A stretch of 32,000 bases of DNA from assembly GCF_000172995.2 (NCBI RefSeq), contig NC_014729.1, positions 600,001 through 632,000 of the forward strand. Reading direction: 5' to 3'. Of this stretch, positions 1 through 6,325 are shown in pieces (positions within the stretch are counted from its first letter, which is position 1; every line of letters starts with the position of its first letter). The DNA is from Halogeometricum borinquense DSM 11551 (lineage in GTDB: Archaea; Halobacteriota; Halobacteria; Halobacteriales; Haloferacaceae). The notes below the pieces were generated by a model. That model was not told the DNA's origin and made no database searches. It saw nothing but the letters and a program-made list of their open reading frames with translations. The position numbers and the translations under genes were made by a program.

Positions 1-337
1 TGCCGGTGCCGCCGCCGAGTCCAGAGACAACGAGGAAGGCGTCCACTTCGTGGACGGGGATGCTGTCGATAGCCCCCTGTACTTCGTCGATATCTTCCTC
101 GGCGATTTCAGCTCCGAGTTCATTGTCGGCACCGACCCCGTGACCTTTCACGCGAGACTGCCCGATCAGGACGCGCTGGTCCTGCGGGATATGCTCAAGG
201 CCCATCAGGTCGGCCTTCGCCGAGTTGACTGCGACGGCGGCACGGACGATACCAGAACCGTGTCGCTGGTCGTATTCGACGAATTTATCGACTATTTTTC
301 CCCCGGCCTGCCCGAATCCGATCATTGCGAGTTTCAT
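1..337 (-). CDS. cetZ: CetZ/FtsZ-family tubulin-like GTPase, N-terminal 112 codons; the gene continues past the left edge of the window
   Basis: Absent from the ORF track because it is edge-truncated. My reverse-complement translation from the ATG at 337..335 reads MKLAMIGFGQAGGKIVDKFVEYDQRHGSGIVRAAVAVNSAKADLMGLEHIPQDQRVLIGQSRVKGHGVGADNELGAEIAEEDIDEVQGAIDSIPVHEVDAFLVVSGLGGGTG. This contains the GFGQAGG N-terminus and the tubulin signature GGGTG(S), and it closely follows the pattern I recall for haloarchaeal CetZ1. The plus-strand ORF 50..391 is its antisense shadow. Confidence 0.9.
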   Translation of the reverse strand, partial: MKLAMIGFGQAGGKIVDKFVEYDQRHGSGIVRAAVAVNSAKADLMGLEHIPQDQRVLIGQSRVKGHGVGADNELGAEIAEEDIDEVQGAIDSIPVHEVDAFLVVSGLGGGTG

Positions 338-563
338 CGTTTGTTCGGTCCCCTCGCCATTGAGTATACTCCAACACGAAAGCGAACATAAACCTTGTGA
401 TGGGGTTATATCTGCGAAATGATACAATAATTCCGTAAATCGACAGACGTAACTCCCCCGTTAACCGTGCATTAGACCACTTCGGATATTTCTCCGAAAA
501 CTGAATATCTCTTTTTATATAATATTTCGAGGCATTTAACTATGAATATGTGGCAATATTTTC

Positions 564-1466
564 CTATTTATCTCTGATGTGGCTGTTGTTGAGGTACGCC
601 CGCAGCGTGGTCAATTCTCCAGTTCCGTAGCCAAACGCCTCGATATCGTTGTCGTCTGTTACGTTGTCGAACTTCAGTGACCGGTACTGATCGGTACCCA
701 TCGGGACCCCCGGAATCGCACCGCCGATGGTGAGGCCCACTTTCGCCAGTCCCATCGGAATCGGGACTATCGTCGTCGACCGGCCGTTCGATTTGTGTAT
801 CATCTTCGCTATCTCTGCGAGGGTGAGTTTGTCCGGACCGCCGATTTCGTATCTCTCTCCGATGTGTGCGTCGTCCTCGATGGCATCCGCCATCATTCCG
901 ACGACATCATCGACATAGAGCGGTTGGAACCGGGTTTTGCCGCCGCCGGGGAGTGCACTGACGTACGGCGGTGCGAGCAGTTTCGTAAAGGAGACGAACT
1001 CACCACCGTCACCGAAGATGACTGACGGGCGGAAGATTGTCCAGTCGAGAACTGACTCGGTGACGATCTGTTCTGCCTCCCCTTTCGCACGGATGTACGC
1101 CGTCGGTCCGTCCGGGTCTGCACCGAGGGCACTCATCTGAACGAACCGGTCCACCTCGTGTTTCTCGGCCGCCCGCACGACGTTCTCGGTACCGTGTCGG
1201 TGAACTTTGTCGTGCATCTCGTTGCCGCCGCTGGGTTTGAACAACGGCGACAGTGCAACAAGGTTGTAGACGGCGTCCATCCCCTCGAAGGCGTCTTTGA
1301 TGGAGTCGTACACGGTGACGTTCCCCATCGTCTTGTTTACCCCCTTCGGCAACTCGTCGCTACTGGGACTTCGCGAGAGGGCCGTCACTTCGTGGCCCCG
1401 TTCTTTCAGCTCACGGCACAGGTTCGTTCCCACGAAACCGCTTCCGCCGACCACGAGAACTTTCAT
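564..1466 (-). CDS. NAD(P)H-binding atypical SDR, NmrA/NDUFA9-like epimerase-dehydratase fold protein (300 aa)
   Basis: Track ORF 564..1475. I trimmed it to the ATG at 1466, which gives MKVLVVGGSGFVGTNLCRELKERGHEV with a Rossmann GxxGxxG motif at the extreme N-terminus. The track start at 1475 is a GTG three codons upstream. Confidence 0.8.
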   Translation of the reverse strand: MKVLVVGGSGFVGTNLCRELKERGHEVTALSRSPSSDELPKGVNKTMGNVTVYDSIKDAFEGMDAVYNLVALSPLFKPSGGNEMHDKVHRHGTENVVRAAEKHEVDRFVQMSALGADPDGPTAYIRAKGEAEQIVTESVLDWTIFRPSVIFGDGGEFVSFTKLLAPPYVSALPGGGKTRFQPLYVDDVVGMMADAIEDDAHIGERYEIGGPDKLTLAEIAKMIHKSNGRSTTIVPIPMGLAKVGLTIGGAIPGVPMGTDQYRSLKFDNVTDDNDIEAFGYGTGELTTLRAYLNNSHIRDK

Positions 1467-1625
1467 CGTATACACTTGTCGTGGAATCGACGTAAATGTA
1501 CCCCCGTCAGTGGTTCTGTCTCCCGATTTGCGGCCTGATTCGGCGTGCGAGCGACCGACGATTCGGCCAGCGGACGCCGCGCCCGACCCGAGTCGTTTTA
1601 CTCCCCTGCCCGTTCACCTCGAATC

Positions 1626-2225
1626 ATGCTCATCACGCTTGAGGGGTTAGATGGAAGCGGAAAGACCACCGCGTGGGAGGCGTTACACGACGTCTACCCG
1701 GACGCGGTGTTCACGCGCGAACCCACCGAGTCGTGGTACGGTGACGCCGTCTACCGGTCGATGTCCGACGAGGACGCCGATTCCCTCGCGGAACTGTTCT
1801 TGTTCACGGCGGATCACGCCGACCACCTCTCTCGGGTCGTCCGGCCGGCACTTGCGGACGACAAGCTGGTCATCTCCGACCGCTACTCCGACTCCCGGTT
1901 TGCCTATCAGGCGGCGACGCTGGAAGACGCTGACCTCCGCCGCCCGCTGGACTACATTCGTGGCATCCACGCCGCCTTTTCTCGGCCGCCGGATGCAACA
2001 ATCTTCCTCGACGTGGACCCCGAGACGGCCGCTGCGCGGGCGGGAGCGACGAACAAGTTCGAACGCGCCTCGTATCTACGGGAAGTCAAAGCGAACTACG
2101 AGCGGCTTATCGACGCCGAACCGGAGCGGTTCGTCCGTATCGACGCGACCCAACCACCCGAAGACGTGGTTGAGATGGTCGAGCGGAGCGTCGAACGGCT
2201 TCTCAGCGAACACGAGCGGCGTTAG
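1626..2225 (+). CDS. tmk: thymidylate kinase (199 aa)
   Basis: The ATG at 1626 gives [15 protein letters not shown] (P-loop), followed by [13 protein letters not shown] (the DRY region). The upstream part of track ORF 1545..2225 is Arg/Ser-rich and unlikely to be coding. Confidence 0.85.
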   Translation: MLITLEGLDGSGKTTAWEALHDVYPDAVFTREPTESWYGDAVYRSMSDEDADSLAELFLFTADHADHLSRVVRPALADDKLVISDRYSDSRFAYQAATLEDADLRRPLDYIRGIHAAFSRPPDATIFLDVDPETAAARAGATNKFERASYLREVKANYERLIDAEPERFVRIDATQPPEDVVEMVERSVERLLSEHERR

Positions 2226-2542
2226 TTCTGCGTCTCGGGTAGTTCGTACTCTTCCGGCGGCGGAACGTACAGCGTGTCGATAGTGAACCCGAGTGCCAAC
2301 GGCATCCCGATCATCACCCCGAACGCCGTCGTCGTGTCCCCGAGATCCGGTCCGATTTGGAGGATGCCCGAGAACACGAGCGTCGTCACGAAGAGGACCA
2401 CCGGGATGAGCAACAGCGAGTAGATGACGTACCCCCACTGCGTTTTCAGTCGGATGCGGAAGAATCGGGTCATCACCGCCGCGATGAGGGTGTGAACGAC
2501 CAGTACCACACCGAACAGCACGAGGTTGAGGACCGAAGCCAT
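2222..2542 (-). CDS. small integral membrane protein (106 aa, about 3 TM helices), function unknown
   Basis: From the ATG at 2542 the sequence is [28 protein letters not shown]...[22 protein letters not shown]...[14 protein letters not shown]. The hydrophobic segments are regularly spaced and the C-terminus is acidic. The 3' end overlaps the tmk stop by 4 nt (convergent). The longer track ORF (to 2680) would run into the divergent E1-alpha gene. Confidence 0.55.
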   Translation of the reverse strand: MASVLNLVLFGVVLVVHTLIAAVMTRFFRIRLKTQWGYVIYSLLLIPVVLFVTTLVFSGILQIGPDLGDTTTAFGVMIGMPLALGFTIDTLYVPPPEEYELPETQN

Positions 2543-2639
2543 ACTCGACGTAGGGGATCTGATGACTTTACACCCTCGGGTCCGTTCGACGCGCGGTCGG
2601 GTTGTTGCCGGAAACCTGCACAGTGAATCGTGGACGTTT

Positions 2640-3713
2640 ATGATGGACCCCATTGAGAAGGCGGACATGCACCGACTCATCGGTGAGCGGTCTCTCGACG
2701 ACTCGTGGCTGGACGAGGAAGACGCGCGCGCGGTCTTCCGCGATATGATTCGAACACGGCGGTTCGACGAGCGTGCCCTCGCACTCCAGCGCCGCGGGTG
2801 GATGAGTGGCTATCCACCGTTCCTCGGACAGGAAGCCTCGCAAGTGGGCGCTGCCCACGCGATGCGCGAGGACGATATGCTGTTCCCAACGTACCGTTCG
2901 AACGCCCTTCAGATCGCCCGTGGCGTTCCAATGAGCGATATTCTGGCGTTCCGCCGCGGCCGCGCCGAGTATCTTTCGGACCACGATATCCCTGTCTTCC
3001 CGCAGGCGGTGCCCATTGCCACGCAGATTCCGCTGGCGACGGGCGCGGGGATGGCGGCCAACTATTCCGACGACGACCACGCGATTCTCGTCTGCTTCGG
3101 TGACGGCGCGACGTCCGAAGGCGATTTCCACGAAGGGCTGAACTTCGCGGGCGTCTTCGACGCGCCGGTGGTGTTCTTCTGTGAGAACAACGCGTGGGCC
3201 ATCTCGCTGCCGCGGGATCGACAGACGGCCAGCGACTCCATCGCTGTCAAAGCTGAGGCGTACGGATTCGAGGGCGTGCAGGTGGACGGCAACGATCCTC
3301 TCGCAGTCCGCGAGACGGTTTCAGAGGCTCTCTCGGATGCCCGTGACGGCAATCCGATCCTCGTGGAGAGTCTCACCTACCGGCAAGGTGCGCACACGAC
3401 TGCCGATGATCCGAGTGCGTACCGCGACGGTGATCCGGACCTGCCCGAGTGGCGCGTCCGCGACCCGGTCGAACGCTACGAGGAGTACCTGCGCGAAGAG
3501 GGCATCATAGACGACGCGTTCGTCGAGTCCGTCCGTGAGGACGTTGAGGACGAACTGAAAGAGGCGGTCGAACGCGTCGAGGAACTTCCGGATGCAGACA
3601 CCGACGACGTGTTCGAACACGCGTACGAGACGCTCCCGCCGGAACTCGTCGAGCAACGCGAGGAGATGCGGGACTTCCTCACCCGACACGACCCGAACGA
3701 AGTGGAGTACTGA
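2640..3713 (+). CDS. thiamine-diphosphate-dependent 2-oxoacid dehydrogenase E1 component, alpha subunit (357 aa)
   Basis: The ATG at 2640 gives MMDPIEKADMHRL. The TPP-binding motif GDGATSEGDFHEGLNFAGVFDAPVVFFCENNAWAIS (GDG-x(n)-NN) is present, with RFDERALALQRRG near the N-terminus and an acidic C-terminal tail. No E1-beta, E2 or E3 gene is adjacent. Confidence 0.8.
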   Translation: MMDPIEKADMHRLIGERSLDDSWLDEEDARAVFRDMIRTRRFDERALALQRRGWMSGYPPFLGQEASQVGAAHAMREDDMLFPTYRSNALQIARGVPMSDILAFRRGRAEYLSDHDIPVFPQAVPIATQIPLATGAGMAANYSDDDHAILVCFGDGATSEGDFHEGLNFAGVFDAPVVFFCENNAWAISLPRDRQTASDSIAVKAEAYGFEGVQVDGNDPLAVRETVSEALSDARDGNPILVESLTYRQGAHTTADDPSAYRDGDPDLPEWRVRDPVERYEEYLREEGIIDDAFVESVREDVEDELKEAVERVEELPDADTDDVFEHAYETLPPELVEQREEMRDFLTRHDPNEVEY

Positions 3714-3737
3714 GAACTGTCATCGGCGTTTCGACCG

Positions 3738-4145
3738 CTACGAGGGGAAGACGCTTCCTTCGTCGCCACCGTACTCGATGTCCGCAACCGAGTACAGATA
3801 CCAGTCGCCGGCCGCCAACCCGAGAAGGAATGAGACGACACCGAGGCGCACGCCCGGTGACCCAGCGAGCGTGAGCCACAGGAGCGACAGCGAGAACGAA
3901 AGTGAGAACGTAAAGCGGACGCCGCGGTGGGTCAACGCTTCGGTGGCTCGGCGGGAACTCTTCCCGAGTGCGAAGTACGCACCGAACGGAACCGGTACCA
4001 ACGACGCCGCTACCAGCGTCCGTGCGGTCATCAGCGGCAGTTCAGCGGGGAGGTTGCCGAAGATGAAGAACGCGACGGCTCCGAGAAGACCGGTCCAGCT
4101 TTCTGCTTTCAAGGACGGACGGAGAGGCTGGGAGACGGAGGGCAT
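3738..4145 (-). CDS. integral membrane protein (135 aa), function unknown
   Basis: ATG start at 4145. Several hydrophobic segments are present (GLLGAVAFFIFGNL, LVAASLVPVPFGAYFAL, FSLSFSLSLLWLTLAG, VVSFLLGLAAGDWYLY). I recognise no family. Confidence 0.5.
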   Translation of the reverse strand: MPSVSQPLRPSLKAESWTGLLGAVAFFIFGNLPAELPLMTARTLVAASLVPVPFGAYFALGKSSRRATEALTHRGVRFTFSLSFSLSLLWLTLAGSPGVRLGVVSFLLGLAAGDWYLYSVADIEYGGDEGSVFPS

Positions 4146-4191
4146 TTCAAAAGCGTCCTGCTCACCGACACTTAACGGTGTTCTCTTACCG

Positions 4192-4425
4192 TCAGTCGTC
4201 CATCGATATGTACGTCTTCGTGTCTGTGACCCCCTCTAATCCCTGAATCTTACTTGATGCCGTCTGGAGGACGTTGTACACCTCTTCTGCGTCCACTTCA
4301 GCGATAACGTCGTACGCGCCCGCGACGATGTGCGCCTCCGTTACCGTCTCTAACTCCCGAATCGGTGCAAGGAGTCTCTCTGACTCGCCCGCCCCGGTTT
4401 TGACCATAACGAATGCATGTACCAT
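4192..4425 (-). CDS. stand-alone Lrp/AsnC-type ligand-binding (RAM) domain protein, no HTH (77 aa)
   Basis: The ATG at 4425 gives MVHAFVMVKTGAGESERLLAPIRELETVTEAHIVAGAYDVIAEVDAEEVYNVLQ...GVTDTKTYISMDD. This is the typical RAM-domain beta-alpha-beta-beta-alpha-beta pattern and is a paralogue of 5196..5426. Confidence 0.7.
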   Translation of the reverse strand: MVHAFVMVKTGAGESERLLAPIRELETVTEAHIVAGAYDVIAEVDAEEVYNVLQTASSKIQGLEGVTDTKTYISMDD

Positions 4426-4510
4426 GTTACACAGGAACACTTGTTGCGACAAAGCGTTTGCGCTGCCTGCGGGGGAAGCTTATTCATCTCAGGCAGTGTA
4501 TGACTCTACC

Positions 4511-5194
4511 ATGCGGTTCGTTATCATTGGTGGAGGACGTGTCGGGCTTCGAACGGCCCGCGTTCTCCGAGACGAAGAGCACGAGGTGACCATCGTCGAG
4601 TTGGATACAGATCGAATCGAGCGCGCTCGTGAGGCCGGGTTCGAGGTGATCGACGGCGACGGGTCACGCGAGGAGACGCTCGAACGCGCGGGTGTCGCAG
4701 ACGCCGATGCGATTGGCGCGCTCACGGGGGATTTGAACGTCAACTTCGCCGCGTGTTCGATCGGGAAACACCACGGGCTACGGACGGTGCTTCGGGTGGA
4801 CGAAGACTACCGCGACGAGGTGTACAAAAAGTACGCCGAGGAGGTTGATGAAGTGGTTTACCCCGAGCGACTCGGGGCTATCGGCGCGAAAAACGCGCTC
4901 CTTGGCGGGTCGATTCGTGCGATTGCGGATATCGCGCAGAATCTTCAGGTCGTCCTCATGACCGTGACCGACGAGTCACCGATGCGCGGATACTCCATCG
5001 AGGAGGTTGCGCTTCCGGGACAGGCCCGAATTCTCGCATTCGGCAAGGCGGGCGAACAGATGGGGATCCCGATGCGGGACGACTCGTTAGAGACCGGTGA
5101 TAGACTGGCTGTCTTGGCCGACTTCGACGTACTGGGTAACGTTCGGCAACTCATCGTCGGCGACGAAGTTACCGCCACCGCAGGGGGTGTCTGA
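4511..5194 (+). CDS. trkA: TrkA-type potassium-transport regulatory protein (RCK: TrkA-N NAD-binding plus TrkA-C), 227 aa
   Basis: The ATG at 4511 gives MRFVIIGGGRVGLRTARVLRDEEHEVTIVELD (GxGxxG then an acidic residue). The C-terminal TrkA-C-like part includes VALPGQARILAFGKAGEQMGIPMRDDSLETGDRLAVLAD. The first 79 codons of the track ORF overlap the divergent RAM gene and are Ser/Thr-rich noise. Confidence 0.8.
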   Translation: MRFVIIGGGRVGLRTARVLRDEEHEVTIVELDTDRIERAREAGFEVIDGDGSREETLERAGVADADAIGALTGDLNVNFAACSIGKHHGLRTVLRVDEDYRDEVYKKYAEEVDEVVYPERLGAIGAKNALLGGSIRAIADIAQNLQVVLMTVTDESPMRGYSIEEVALPGQARILAFGKAGEQMGIPMRDDSLETGDRLAVLADFDVLGNVRQLIVGDEVTATAGGV

Positions 5195-5195
5195 G

Positions 5196-5426
5196 ATGGT
5201 TACCGCCTACGTGATGGTGAAGGCTTCCACGGGCGACGTGGACCGACTGAAAGAGTCAATGTTGAATCTCGACGATGGCGTCAAAAGCGTCAGCATCGTT
5301 GCTGGCGATGTTGATTTCATCGTCAAGGCCGACGTAGAAAGTCCGGCCGAGGTGAAAACCATCGCGGCATCGATCCACGAGATGTCCGGTATCGAGCGAA
5401 CGCAGACCTACATTGCGATGGACTGA
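5196..5426 (+). CDS. stand-alone Lrp/AsnC-type ligand-binding (RAM) domain protein (76 aa)
   Basis: The ATG at 5196 lies 1 nt after the trkA TGA (5192..5194). The sequence is MVTAYVMVKASTGDVDRLKESMLNLDDGVKSVSIVAGDVDFIVKADVESPAEVKTIAASIHEMSGIERTQTYIAMD, with the same pattern as 4192..4425. Confidence 0.7.
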   Translation: MVTAYVMVKASTGDVDRLKESMLNLDDGVKSVSIVAGDVDFIVKADVESPAEVKTIAASIHEMSGIERTQTYIAMD

Positions 5427-5433
5427 GGGACCG

Positions 5434-5934
5434 TCAGAGTGGCGGGCCTTCGCTGTTGGCCGTATCCGTCGCGCGCTGAAGAAGTGTCGAGACTGGCTTG
5501 GTGTACTCGTACCCCGGGATGACTCCTTGGACGTAGGTTCCTTCGACGTAATCGATGATCGCCCCGGCGTCTTCGACCCCCCGCCGTTCGTTGATATCCG
5601 CGAACGACGTGCTGACGACGACAGCGTTCTCGTCGCGCGATACCTCGACATCGAAGTCGTGTTCCGCCTTCGTGACGCTGCCGATATCTTCGACTCGCAA
5701 CTCGAACGTCTCGTACCAGCCGTCTTCAACGACGGGCGCAACGTCGTCCTCGACCGCGGCGTTGAGCATCGGGACGCGAACGGTCACCTCGAACGTGATT
5801 TCTCCGTCGTCCTCTGCGGCGGTAACTCGACCGTCGAACACTGTCGTCGTCCACTCGAACGTCGAATCGTCTCGTTGCTCGAAGGAATCGTGGTCGCGGA
5901 AGGCACGTCGCGCCCGTTCGGGTACGTCACTCAT
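5434..5934 (-). CDS. conserved-looking acidic cytoplasmic protein (166 aa), function unknown
   Basis: ATG start at 5934. Composition is coherently acidic (MSDVPERARRAFRDHDSFEQRDDSTFEWTTTVFDGRVTAAEDDGEITFEVTVRVPMLNAAVEDD...) and third-position GC is high. It resembles a haloarchaea-specific DUF, but I cannot name the family with certainty. Confidence 0.6.
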   Translation of the reverse strand: MSDVPERARRAFRDHDSFEQRDDSTFEWTTTVFDGRVTAAEDDGEITFEVTVRVPMLNAAVEDDVAPVVEDGWYETFELRVEDIGSVTKAEHDFDVEVSRDENAVVVSTSFADINERRGVEDAGAIIDYVEGTYVQGVIPGYEYTKPVSTLLQRATDTANSEGPPL

Positions 5935-6082
5935 CGCTCACAGGCAGGACCTGGCGGAACAAAAGCCCCTCGTGTCTCCTATTGACTGATCGTTGAGCTA
6001 TTTCGTCGCAAAAACGCCTCCCGTAAGCGGAGACTTTCAGAACGTGCGGCACGCTTAAGTGGTTGCCAGCCATCAAACCAAG

Positions 6083-6175
6083 TGACGCTTCGCTTTGGAG
6101 GGCCGAAGCGTCAGCGGGGACCAATTCAGGGCGGCAGCATCCGTCCGGGCCGCTCCCGAACGGATGCTACCTTTT
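6083..6175. other. two strong adjacent hairpins followed by a T-run; candidate sRNA 3' end or structured element, orientation unresolved
   Basis: Hairpin 1 is TGACGCTTCG (6083..6092) paired with CGAAGCGTCA (6104..6113), 10 perfect bp with an 11-nt loop. Hairpin 2 is AGCATCCGT (6136..6144) paired with ACGGATGCT (6160..6168), extended by CGGG (6146..6149) paired with CCCG (6155..6158). TTTT follows at 6172..6175 on the plus strand. Confidence 0.3.
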
Positions 6176-6289
6176 CCCAAAATACTACATCTGACAGTTA
6201 TTACTCGGTCAGCTATTGTCCAATTAGTTATCTCTGAGTTTCCCGAGAGACCGGCGCGTCCGCTGATGTCGCTGCCGAAACCCTGTCTG

Positions 6290-6294
6290 AAAAA
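6290..6294 (-). terminator. T5 run about 32 nt downstream of the transducer stop codon
   Basis: The plus strand reads gAAAAAg at 6289..6295, which is CTTTTTC on the coding (minus) strand. Haloarchaeal termination typically occurs at oligo-T tracts. Confidence 0.4.
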
Positions 6295-6325
6295 GATCTG
6301 TTTGTCGCCGTCTCGATTATCGCCG

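Noticed and set aside
50-391. 113-aa plus-strand ORF at the left edge (and the overlapping ORF at 225..422)
   Set aside because: It lies exactly antisense to a clear CetZ N-terminus (tubulin GGGTG signature) that the track omits because it is edge-truncated. It is a shadow ORF.
2526-2639. Upstream start for the E1-alpha gene (track start 2526)
   Set aside because: It would overlap the divergent membrane-protein gene start (2542) and adds a non-conserved Arg-rich leader. The MMDPIEK ATG at 2640 is a more plausible N-terminus for an E1-alpha.
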